Positions 1-11,082 of a stretch of DNA of 64,000 bases are shown here, one piece after another (position 1 is the first letter of the stretch; each line of letters starts with the position of its first letter). The translations under genes and the position numbers were made by a program. The notes below the pieces were generated by a model that ran no database searches, was not told the origin of the DNA, and saw only the letters and a list, made by a program, of their open reading frames with translations. The stretch is from Dicyema japonicum (lineage: Eukaryota > Animalia > Dicyemida), in contig RDEW01000035.1 in assembly GCA_011109175.1 (NCBI GenBank), positions 1 through 64,000 on the forward strand, in the 5' to 3' direction.

Positions 1-207
1 TTAGATTTCTGATCTCCTCCTTTAAATATTTTTCACGTGTTCCGAGTAACTTTGATTCCCTGTCAAGACACTGAGTAGCTTATTAGAGTACCTTCCATTC
101 CAAGTATAGGTCACTGTCAACCTCCAATTTAAACGTTCCCTTTTTTGCTGATGTTGGAATGTAATGAGAGAGTTTAGACTACTATTAAAACTACACACAA
201 TAACCAT
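1..207 (-). CDS. PSMC4: 5' part of a probable 26S proteasome regulatory ATPase 6B (Rpt3); runs off the window edge
   Basis: Splicing ATG(207-205) | 26-nt intron 204-179 | exon 178-92 | 21-nt intron 91-71 | exon 70-1 gives MSKLSHYIPTSAKKGTFKLEVDSDLYLEWKCLDRESKLLGTREKYLKEEIRNL. This resembles the Rpt3 N-terminal coiled coil (DLY..YKKL...EFLEVQEEYIKDEQKNL). The ATPase domain is not in the window. Confidence 0.65.
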
Positions 208-339
208 ATCAATGCAAAACGATTTAATTCAATTTTTATTAAATTATTATTTACTTTAAACTAAAATAGTAATTTTATTTGATTGTTTAATTATTTGTAT
301 TCTAAAAGTAAAAGTTAAAAAAACATGCAACGTGCGTTC

Positions 340-2730
340 GATTCGTGGGGTTAAAACTCTCTCGAGTTGTTAAAAATGTTGAAAGGAAAAAAGGAGAAGG
401 GTCACTTGCGTTACCAGATAGTATGAATTATAATTCTCGCCATATCCGAGAGCGTTGTGGCAGCTGACCCAAAAGAATGGGCGAGGCAGGTAGTCCTGCA
501 GGCACGTAGCAGGGTATCCCGAATGCCCTGGAATGGTTGGCCATATATGGCAGAGCTCTGCAGTGGCAGATTCAGTACTGTTATATCTGTGGGTGAACTT
601 AATAAAATGGCTGTAGGCAAAGAGGGTACTGTTCTAAAAAGGCAGGGACCAGATGACCATAACTGTCAAAGAGAGCACGAGCACCAGAGCTGTGATACGT
701 TGCAGCTCAAGCATGTTTATGAGGTCTTCGCGCGGAATCTCGCTGCAGCGGCAGATGTCCCACTTGAGGACCGTAGATTTACCCACAAGATCCCTCATAG
801 TAAAATTAACGGAGTAATGTTAACCTGTATCAATAAGGCTGTGGCTCATGCGGTGGAGGCTAAACCACTAGGGTCACTGGGTGACATCTCCCTAGTGCTG
901 TATGCAGCACAGATTACCTATGAAAAATTGACGGCAAGCCCAGACCACCCAGTAAATGGAGGGAGCAGATCTGGCCAAGATTGCTTAGAGACAGACTGAT
1001 CTGGAAGCACTGGAGGGGCACATAACTAGTGTGGCGAGAGGGGTTAGAGGAAAAGCACCTTCTATAGTAAAGAGGCTAATTATTAAACTCCGTGTTCCCA
1101 AATGGGACCTCAAAGAGTTGAGGAGGGCAAAGGTGGAGTTAGAGGGGGCAATAATGGTGTATAAGAGTTAACTCTATACACATGAAAGTAGGCGTAAGAG
1201 GAGAGAAAATAATCTGTTTGAGTTTAATCGCAGATTGTTTGACCGTCGCCTACACGAAAATGGCCATAGTGCATGTTCCCAGCAGGACGCGGAGATGCTT
1301 TCTACATGGGGTAGTATATGGGAGGCTAAACCACGCAGAGGAAATGCGTGGAATGTCCCGTACAGTGCCGCTCCTTTCTTGGCGGAATCTAGCGGAATTT
1401 TCGATTTCCGCAAGAAATTTAAGGCGGTAGTGAGACATCTTCCTAATTGGAAAACGACCGGGGTCAATAAAATTTATAATTTCTTTATCAAAAGATGCAC
1501 TTCATTGCACGAGTCTATGTGTCGTGTATTACAGAAAAACATCAATAACCCGGAAACGATTCCTGATTTGGCTGCATCGGGACACTTATTTGATCCCAAA
1601 GCTGGACAGATTATCGACCGATAACTTGCATGCCAACCCTGTATAAGCTGATGACCAAATTGGTGGCTAATGAGGTCAGGAGCTTTGTAGAAGCAAATGG
1701 GATTTTCTCCGAGAATTAGTTGGGTACTGTGCGAAATTGTCAGGGGGCAAAAGAGCAGACTTTGAGCAACAAGTGCCTTTCTGTGTCTCACGGAAACTCA
1801 CTTATGTCTATGTGTGTGGATGTGAAGAAGGCTTACAATTCAGTTGATCATTCTTACCTTGTCGATTGCCTACACAGGCTGTGTATGCCTGTGTGGTTCA
1901 TCAGCTTTGTAGTGGCTGTGATGAATAGGTGGATTATTCATCTAAACTAATAGGCACCGGTTAGGTACGGTAAAAGTCAAGAGGGGATAGTATGTCTCTG
2001 CTGCTCTTTGTTTCTCGCGTCAATTACCTGTTTGAGCAAATACCAGTGCATCGTGAGGGGGTTTGTTTCAGTACAAATCACCTTCTTTTTATCAAAGACC
2101 TGAAGATGTATGCTCGAACAGCCGAGGAGCTCTACTCCATGGGGGTCTGTGCCAGGGAATTCTTTGAGAGTGTAGGACTAGATTTGAATTATTCAAAGTC
2201 TGCGACTAACACGCAAGTATGTAGCGAGTTAATAAGAGTCCTAGAAGAACACGAAGGATGTAAGTATCTGGGTGTTACCGAAACTCCAAAGTACCTTATA
2301 ATTCCTGAGACAAAGCGACAAATTACTGAAGGCATCCGTAAAAGAGCAGCGTTATTGTGTAAGACGTCTCTAAATGCAAGGAATTTGTTCCTAGCATTAA
2401 ATGAGTATGCAGTCTCGCTGCTAAACTACTACATAGGTGTTGTGGAGTTTGAGCCCAAAGAGTATGATGAGATGGATGTTATGATCAATGGAGTACTCAG
2501 AGAGAACTATGTCCATGTTCTGGTAGCCAATAAAGAGAGACTATATTTACCCCGTGATAAATTTGGCCGTGAACTGTGTGGAGTAGTCCAACGTATCCTA
2601 ATGCGAATGCACGACACCCTGATAGATGGGTAAAGGGTGTCTGCTAGTAAGCACGCCATAATAACGACCATGAAAACACGGGCAACCGACCTAGGCACTA
2701 TCAGACCTTTTTTGTCTGCTATGTTTAGTG
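340..2730 (+). mobile_element. Degenerate R4/Dong-like non-LTR retrotransposon, 5' part with RT; interrupted by an RTE insertion
   Basis: Broken RT motifs YRPITCMPTLYK, DVKKAYNSVDH, NHLLFIKDLK, KYLGV, LNARNLFLALNEYA and ERLYLPR, with stops and frameshifts. The 5' limit is approximate. Confidence 0.8.
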
Positions 2731-5700
2731 GTGAGGTGGTGACGTGCCTCGTTTCTTCTCTGTACAACGGTTAAGAAAAATGTCTGAAAAACACTCATCA
2801 TACAATCGAGAACTCAGGCTAATGACGTTCAACGTACGTGGAATATCGAAAGATTGGACAAGGAAAGTACTTTGTGACGATCTCGAGAAATACAAAATAT
2901 CTATTGGCTGCCTACAAGAGACGAAAATCGAAAATGGACGCGATGAGACATGGAACAACTACCGACTGATTCTCTTCCCAACTGAATGCAAGCACTACGG
3001 CATGGGATTTGCCCTACACGTGGATTACCTCAAAAAATTACATCGCTTTGGAGAGTCAACGACCGAATATGTGTCCTACAAGTCAAACTAAATGAACTAT
3101 GCCCGTCCAAGAGTCTACTAACCGTCATAAATGTCTATGCACCACACTGTGGACGAGTAATCAAGAACCCCAGTGAACTCGAGGAATTCTACTCAGAACT
3201 ATCAAGCACATACTCTAACAATGCTTCCTCGTCTCTTGTCTTTGTTGCGGGAGATATGAATGCAAAGGCCGGAATGCGAATGGGGCCCGAAGAATCCTCT
3301 ATTGGAAGACACGGGCGCGGAAGGAGAAATGCATCTGGAGCCTCTCTGGTAAACTTCTGCGAGGCAAATAGCCTTTTCCTGTGCAACACGGCCTTTACGC
3401 ACTCAGCTTGCCACAAGACGACGTGGCACGGACAAAGAAAAAACTCTGTCGGAGAGACCGTGAATATATATAATCAAATCGACTACATTATCTGCCGAAA
3501 GTCTGATAAACACCTGATAAATGATGCACGTTCCTACCAGGGAACAACAACCGACAGCGACCACAGGATCGTCATTGCAAAACTTTTGTGTAAAAAAAGC
3601 ACCTGACTGGGAAAAAATACATTGAAAACGCGAAGAAGGCGAGACAAAGACCCAATATATACTTTCAGACAGAAAAATTGTGGTTAGAGCCAACTTGTAG
3701 AGCTAAATATCACGAACAAATCGAGACTCTTATGGTGAAAACCGCACCGGAATCATCAGTACGAACTCTGTGGGATCAAACAAAACAGGCAATCTCCAAG
3801 TCGGCCAAAATATGCCTTGGAGTCCGAAATCATCACGCCCTAAAATTGGATCACCACCCGAACGTGCCAAATATGGCAAAGCATTGCAGAGAGCTACGAC
3901 TAAAAGCGGCAAACACGTCAGACGAGAGTAAAAAAAAGAGCTTAATATCCAACAAAGGGAACTAAAGTGGAAAATCAAAAAGATGAACAGAAAACATTCA
4001 CGGGAAATTATTACATCCCTATTAAAAGATGTGGAATGTCTAAAAGACAATTCAAGGATGTATGCGGCTTTGCGGCTGCTGCGGACAAAGAAAGGACAAA
4101 ACATCCTTCACATCAAAGACAAAGATGGAAAATTCGTGGGTAACCCGAAAGAAAAAGCAGAATTGATTGCACGACACTTCGAAACACTGTTGAATAAAGA
4201 AAATAATGACTTTCCCCCTTTCCAAGGAAAAGCAAAGGCGCTAAAAATCCCAATCACAGTGGAAGAGGTGGAATTAGCGATAAATAAACTGAAGAACAAC
4301 AAGAGTGCTGGGCCGGACAACATAAGCCCTGAGCTCCTAAAATATGGGCCAAAAAAACTTAGCGACACAATTGCAAAAACCCTAAATGCCGTCTTTGAAA
4401 CTAATACCGATCTAGGACTTGGAAATGGATTATTAATACCCATACAAAAACCGAACAAATCAAAAGGACCAGTAGAAAATCTCCGCCCGATAATACTTCT
4501 GAATTCGATACGCAAGGTGCTGGCAAACATTGCACTAAGCCGGATAAAGGGTATGGCGAATCTATACCTACCAGCAAGTCAAAGTGGGTTCCGAGAAGGG
4601 AGGTCTACGGCAGACATTGTATGGAGCCACAGATGGCGCTGCGCAACGCACCAAAGATTCAAGAGCGCAACAACCGTGTTGGGAATAGATCTCTCCAGAG
4701 CTTTCGACTCAATAAACAGACAGAAACTGATGAATGTGCTTGAGCAAATATTGGATGAATCGTCGGTTAGGATAATCAGACTACTACTTGCGAACACAAG
4801 ACTATCTGTGAGGACAGAAGGAGCAACTTCCCGCAGTTTCAAAACAACGATTGGGACACCCCAGGGTGATTCCCTCTCCCCTTTACTATTCACCATATAC
4901 CTTGAATCTGCACTCCGCGACCTCCGTAAATGCTATATAGGAGACATAGAAGAGACATCTTATGCGGATGATGTGGATTTTGTATCACGGGATGTGACCG
5001 CACTCCAACACCTGCTAGAAAATGCACCTGCGGAGCTTGAGAAATGGTTTCTCAGCGTAAATGTTAACAAAACTGAAATTACGGAAATCAAAAGAGAAGA
5101 CGATATTACTCAAGAAAGATGGAGACGTACTAATAAGCTCGGCTCTCTACTAGGAGACGCTGAAGATGTACTAAGGAGGAAAACACTGGCAAATGCGGCA
5201 ATGGCTAAACTGAAGAAAGGATGGCTAAGGGCCAAAGGACTTGGAATTGACATCAGATGCAGGCTTTACAACGCGTTTGTGAAACCAATTCTACTGTACA
5301 ACGCTGGGACATGGGGAAGTTCCTTCAACGAACTATTGAAACTGGATTCGTTCCATAGAAGGCAACTAAGAAGCTTACTCGGAATGGAGTGGCCACGTAG
5401 AATATCAACCACTGGTATCTACAACAAGTGTGTGTGTTCTTACATCAGCAAGGATGTGATAGATGCCCGGTGGAGGCTATTTGGGCATGTATTAAGAATG
5501 AACCCGGACGCACCCGCTAACAAAGCGATGGAAGATTACTTTGACAGTTGCGAAAAACCCTTCCGCGGACGACATAGATCGACACTACCGACTACCTTAA
5601 ACAAAGACTTAAATCGTGTGAGAAAAAATCTAAAGACGGGGGACGACCTGGACGAATTGAGATCACTCGCATTCGACAGAGGAAGATGGAAAAGACTAAC

Positions 5701-5780
5701 TATAAATATTGTTTCCTTGAGTGTTGCACATGCGGGGCTATAATCATTATGGCTTTCGTGAAAGTGCCTTAATAATAGTA
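2730..5780 (+). mobile_element. RTE-clade LINE, full length (APE endonuclease + RT), copy A
   Basis: APE motifs TFNVRG, CLQETK, NVYAP, GDMNAK, QIDYI and SDHR. RT motifs LRPIILLN, DLSRAFDS, GTPQGDSLSP and YADD; RTE-type C-terminus RWRLFGHVLRM..RGR. Short 3' UTR ends in TAA repeats. Three frameshifts, all at homopolymer runs. Confidence 0.92.
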
Positions 5781-6281
5781 ATTAAGCAATACTGATATGC
5801 TTCCATTAGTGTTATTTACGAAGATTTAGAATCGCACGCGACATTTCCAGAATGGAAAAACAATTAACTTAAAATTTCTGATAAGTTGACGTTAAAATCT
5901 AAATATAAACTAATTATTTAAATTTGAATAAATACCTAACACAAACCCTAACCCTATTGTGACCGGTCCAGAGTTCATGTATACACATTCCAGTTAAAAA
6001 ATAATCATTTAAATCTTATATGATTCAAAATCAAAAAATAGATTTTTCTGGTGATTAAAAATTGGTTGTGAGATGTGCTAACTTAAGAATTTTCCGCCAC
6101 ATTATGGAACAGGAGGAAGAGATGACATGCGGCAATAAATCTACCACATCTAATTTAGTAATCGCGAATCTTAATTTTTGATAAAAAAATATTTATAAAT
6201 CAAAATGTTACAAGAGGTCCATACTTCTTACAATTTTATATATTTGTTGGTTAATATATTTCGATCGACACTAAAAAAAAC

Positions 6282-6492
6282 CTAGATCGACACTTCCGGC
6301 TGCCTTAAACAAAGACTTAAATCGTGTGAGAAAAAATCTAAAGACGGGAGACAACCTGGACGAATTGAGATCACTCGCATTCGACAGAGGAAAATGGAAA
6401 AGACTAACTATAAATATTGTTTCTTTGAGTGTTGCACATGCGGGGCTATAATCATTATGGCTTTCGTGAAAGTGCTTTAATAATAATAATAA
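6282..6492 (+). mobile_element. Second copy of the RTE 3' terminal ~210 bp, with (TAA)n tail
   Basis: Near-identical to ~5575-5775 with several substitutions. Ends gtgctttaataataataat immediately before the right-hand TSD. Confidence 0.9.
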
Positions 6493-7460
6493 TATGTTTA
6501 GTGTTGATGATGGTGGACTAGCAAATGTGAAGGCTTTGATCGAATTACAATATAATAATTTGATGGAAAATATCAACTTAAAATGCCTTCATAAGGTCCT
6601 CTTCAGATTATTGGACAATTCACATGTCGACCTTAAGTCGTCGACAATATGGCTAAAATACGGTGACAACTCACCTCGATCGGAGGCGCTGCACACGTAT
6701 ATGCAAGACCGCAATATTTTTTGTGGTCGATCAACAAATACATGTCCCCATTGTAAGTCAAGGAGCATGTCGGTTGATCATTTAGCCACTCGGTGCGGAT
6801 CCATTCTCTGCCACGACTATGTGTGGAGGCATAACGAGGTAGTAAGGAGTCTTCATCTTCTACTATGCAATAAGTATGGTATTCGTAACACCAGAAAGTT
6901 GCTAAGGTTCAATCTGTAGTAGAGAACATCAGGGTCCAAATTAAAGTAGACAGTGTTATCCGTACCTCGGAACTAGTCAAGCACAATAAACCGGACATTG
7001 TGGTACACGATATGGAGTCTGCCCAAGTCCTTATCATAGAGGTTGGCACTACGTCTCAAGACCGCTTGCAGACTGTGGAGGTGGAGAAAAAAAGGAAGTA
7101 TGACTTGCTTGCAAACGAGATAGGGCAGATGCTTGGTTGCAAGGTCCTCGTTATTCCTATAGTAATGACGTGGGAAGGAATTGCAACAAAGTACCACAAG
7201 GGTTATCTGAAGCAGTTGGGGGTAGATAGGAAGCTCCAGGCCTATCTACAGTCTACTGTATTAAAGTGGACCTTAGAGAGCCTGACACTAGAGTATAGGA
7301 GGCAGAGCTCGGAGATGCCATATGGGCAGAGGGTTCAATTGGACAAGGCGCTCTCTGAGTTGTTTCAGCAACCAGAATCGCCTGAGGAGGCTGTCAAACA
7401 GGCAGGCGATGAAGGCTGTTGATTATCAAATATTAACTTTTTATTGTTGGTTAAATAAAG
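6493..7460 (+). mobile_element. R4/Dong-like element, 3' part (CCHC zinc finger + restriction-like endonuclease)
   Basis: Motifs CPHC..DHLATRC, RHNEVV, KPDIVV..IIEVG and KKRKYDLLA. Colinear with 340-2730 once the insert is removed (..RPFLSAMFS|VDDGG..). Confidence 0.85.
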
Positions 7461-7751
7461 TAGGTTTAAAGGAGAAGGAAGTTTATAGTTAAATGTCATG
7501 CAAGAGGATCTTACAATATCAGAAAAATCCATCAAGAACAAATAAATGGGGAAAAACATCTAGTCTTTGCAGTGATAGGAATAGAGGAGAGCAATTGATC
7601 ATTTTTTGTGTAATATCAGTTATATTAGAAAAAGTTCGATTGACATAATACCTACCTGTTACAAATTGTATACACCATTTGTTTATAATCAACCAATGAA
7701 TAACATATGGTATATTTGTGATATATAATACTATTTGTTATTGAAGTGCTG

Positions 7752-8600
7752 ATGATTACTGCTTTTATATTACTGGTAGTCGTTACTTATTATTTTAGGC
7801 ATTATTCAATGTTGGATATGCAAAAAGTAGGTTTATTACTAAATTGTAAAGGTATTCCTGATGAATTGGAGGATGATACTGAATATGATGATGTACCGGG
7901 AGAAGGCTTTGAAGAATCAGATGGTTTGGCATTTGAAAGCGGTGAAGAAGGTAGTTCAGACTACAAGATGGATGACGATTCAGATGATGCATTGACAGCA
8001 GAAGAGGATGATGATTTGGGTGCGGATGATGACAAAGACGATGAAGTTAGCAAGGATGAAAATGATTTGGAAGTGGATGAGGACAATGACGATGAAGTAA
8101 ACGAGGATGAAAAGCCAGGGGATGATGAAGAAAAAAATATAATAAAGGAAGATACAACGCCGAAAAATGAAATCGAAGATGATTACGATATAAGTTAATA
8201 ATCTATTCATAATATAGAATGTAATGATGACAACCCTTCATGTCATAATTGGGCAGTAATGGGACATTGCAAAATTTTAGAAAGTGTTCGTAAGTACTGT
8301 AAAAAAAGTTGTAACAATTGTGACGGGACTGATAATGGGGGAGATGTCCATGGTAGATTAATGGCATATTTTAGAATGCACTGACTATGCAACTGCTGAA
8401 TACTGCGGGAAAATTGACTGCAACACTGACAACGTGGCAAGATTAATGACATGCAAAAAGACGTGTGGAAGCTGTGATGGTAATTAGCAAAATAAATTGA
8501 AGTATGCGAGGACTATGCAGATTCCTGTAAATCAGTTAAAGGGAAAAAGTGTTCAAACTCGTACATGCACAGATGCAGAAAGAGTTGCGACGTCTGCTAA
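7752..8600 (+). CDS. Secreted protein: signal peptide, long D/E-rich tract and three ShKT domains (6 exons)
   Basis: Introns 7776-7798 (23 nt), 7827-7851 (25), 8194-8217 (24), 8353-8374 (22) and 8480-8502 (23). Spliced product: MITAFILLALFNVGYAKSIPDELEDD...CNDDNPSCHNWAVMGHCKILESVRKYCKKSCNNC...CTDYATAEYCGKIDCNTDNVARLMTCKKTCGSC...CEDYADSCKSVKGKKCSNSYMHRCRKSCDVC*. Each domain has the six-Cys pattern ending CxxxCxxC. Confidence 0.9.
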
Positions 8601-8845
8601 TTGATAAATTAACATTACTAACATTAGTTTATAGATTCCAAAAATAACAACTAATATTCATCCATTATGAAATATTAGATTCTCATTAACAATCTAAATT
8701 GCCCTCAGTGAATTAATTTATTACCACTGTTGATTGGTTCTCCGCTTTAGTTAGTTAAGTAACCCCGGCCTAAAAACTTGTAGGAGGCCAGCAGCTACTA
8801 AATAGGACGTAATCGTGCGTAATAATTTATTTAAAACATTTAAAA

Positions 8846-9085
8846 CACTCGGAGATCGCTACCGATTTACTCCTGTTGCGTCCGAATCATCGGGAGCCGT
8901 TGGTCCAATGACGGCTGAGTTCTTGCGAGAACTCGGAGGATTACTTGCCAGAAAGAAGAGGGATCAACGAGAAGAGTTATGGCTAAGACAAAAGATTGGA
9001 ATAGCCATACTCCGAGGGAACTCGTCCGCAATCCACGCAGCAGGCTTCCTCAACTGACATTTGTTTAATTGTTAAAAAAAAATTT
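8846..9085 (+). mobile_element. 3' fragment of a CRE-like non-LTR retroelement
   Basis: DRYRFTPVASESSGAVGP...LRQKIGIAILRGN, nearly identical to the end of 46745-47305 on the opposite strand. A-rich tail follows. Confidence 0.8.
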
Positions 9086-9119
9086 TTGTTTAAAAAAAAA
9101 GCATTTAATTGTAAAGTTC

Positions 9120-9415
9120 GATCGATTATCGACCGATAATCTGCATGCCAACCATGTATAAGCTTTATGACTTTTTTGCAAACGAGATGGGCAGTTGGTT
9201 ACTAAGTACTCGTTATTTTAATAGTAATTATGTGGGAAAGAATTGCAACAAAATACCACAAGGGTTTTCTAAGACAATTAAGAGTAGGTAGGAAGCTCCA
9301 TGCCTTTTTTAGCAACCAGAATCGAACCTTCCTAAGAAAACTGATAGAATCAAGAAAACCTTGGTTAGCCCGTAAAGGGCTCGATGTGGATACAAGAGTC
9401 AGCCTTTACAACTCA
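9120..9415 (+). mobile_element. Patchwork of R4-like and RTE fragments
   Basis: A YRPI.CMP..YK-coding piece joins directly to an endonuclease-end piece (ATKYHKGFLRQL) and then to an RTE-like piece (WLARKGLDVDTRVSLYN). Confidence 0.6.
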
Positions 9416-9549
9416 CCTCTATTTGGGGCTCACCTCCGAAGTGGAGCTCCTCTATTTTTGGGAAAACTGTTTTGGGGCGCTCTATTAATATTCTACCATA
9501 AGTATGAAATTTAACAACTCTATTTGGGGCATTAATTTTTTATTATATA

Positions 9550-9790
9550 CAGTAAAACCTCTCGAATCCGCCAAATTTAGGACCTGGGAAATTACGGCGG
9601 TTTCGAGAGGCAAATTTGAATTTTTTATAAATTAATAAAATGCATTTTTTTAATTTTAAAGACTAATTAAAAAATGAAAACATTTATTTCCTTTAAAATA
9701 ATCAGTCATTCTTGTTTTTATGTTCGTTTTGATGTTTCTATTAACATCATCGAGGACATTGAAGACATTTAGGCCCATCATAGATATACT
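9550..9790 (-). mobile_element. pogo/Tigger-like DNA transposon end
   Basis: TA followed by a CAGTAAAACCTC terminus. The minus-strand frame ends ..KTRMTDYFK, typical of pogo/Tigger transposase C-termini. The other end was not found. Confidence 0.55.
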
Positions 9791-9948
9791 TTTCCGGTAT
9801 ATTGAAATGATTGTGTGGAGCGTAGTCTCTGATAACGCGAATCTCCATGCAACAGAGGCATATTTCATAGCCGGGGAGATGGTCTGCCGATAGAGTTTTC
9901 AAAATTACTTAGCGAATTAATAAGATATTATTATGAATAAAATACAAA

Positions 9949-10701
9949 TCAAAGTGACCTAATAACTCTTCTATTTCTTAGATGTTTAATATATTCCACA
10001 GCTTTATCATGACCAGTGGGATGAGTGGGAAAATATGACTCAGGAGGAATCCCCTCCCTCAATCTCACCAAATAATTGCAGTATCTGTACTTTATGGTCG
10101 TTATTGCTCCATGTGAACACTTTCTGGCTCCCTTCACAACATACCCACTTGACACATCGGAATATTCTACTTTATTATAAAAAAATAACCAATCCAAAGA
10201 TTTGACTTAAATTGTACATTAAAATCCGACAAGGCCATTTCTCGTGCTTCTTTGAGAACTTCAATAACGTCGATGGATCCCTTATGTTTAGAAAAAGATA
10301 ATCTGTTGAGTGCCTCATCAACACTGAGTCCTCTCACCTATTATTATATAGGGTCACTACTGATGCAGCAATGTACCACATCTTCTTTGGACTGTACTTT
10401 ATGTTCCATCTGGCATGGCATACCTCCTGCAAAGTTAGGGAAACAACCACAGCAGGTCGGGGATATTCACATTCATCAGATGGAGGATAAATGATATCAT
10501 TATATCTCAAAAAGTCGTATTTTTCAAGTCTCTCTCCAATTGGAATAGTATAATCAGCAGCGTCTCTAAAAACTATCAAAATTGATAAACTTTTTAACGA
10601 AAAGACTTAAATTTAATTTTGAAGTTGAAATAATTCTCGGAAGGGATGATATTCCTTAAATAATATTAACAAACACCTTGGTTAAACAAGAATGGTATCA
10701 T
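9949..10701 (-). CDS. MRPL22: Mitochondrial ribosomal protein uL22m, multi-exon
   Basis: Spliced: MIPFLFNQGISSLPRII...YNDIIYPP..PRPA|EVCHARWNIKYSPKKMWYIAASV|RGLSVDEALNRLSFSKHKGS..EVLKEAREMA...YCNYLVRLREG..EYIKHLRNRRVIRSL*. Micro-introns include 10427-10450 (24 nt). Confidence 0.92.
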
Positions 10702-10804
10702 TCAAAACAATATTTGAAATAATAATTTATATAAAACTAATATTTTACAGACTAACAATATTTCTAATTTACGTGAATAAAAAACTATATTTATAATTTA
10801 GATT

Positions 10805-11082
10805 AATGGCATTAAAATAACTGAGTGCTGGGAAAGAGGCATGATGGACACTAGTTCAAATCCCAGATTTCGGTTGAATGCGTGGAACCTTACATTTCGG
10901 TTGAAGGTTCCACCCATCTACGATGGTTTGGCTTGACGAGTGACATAAGTGAACATTACACTGCATAACCGGATCGTCTATAAAAGGACATACACCCAAC
11001 AAAAAGAAAAAATAGAAATGAAGAACATTCCTTGGTTCTCCTCTACGATTAGTTATAATAACCGTTCTTTACTTAAATAAGT
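10805..11082 (+). mobile_element. Degenerate copy of the tRNA-derived SINE
   Basis: B-box-like agttcaaatccc. Shares aaggttccac.catctacgatg..cttgacgagtgac and ..gttctttacttaaataa with 42574-42860 and 31813-31975. Confidence 0.65.

Noticed and set aside
4108-4896. Antisense ORFs over RT regions (also at ~43463-43732 and ~52227-52595)
   Set aside because: These are shadow frames of LINE coding sequence with no independent support.
5932-5956. Telomere-like CCCTAA repeat
   Set aside because: Only about two units, too short to support an interstitial telomere or breakage site.
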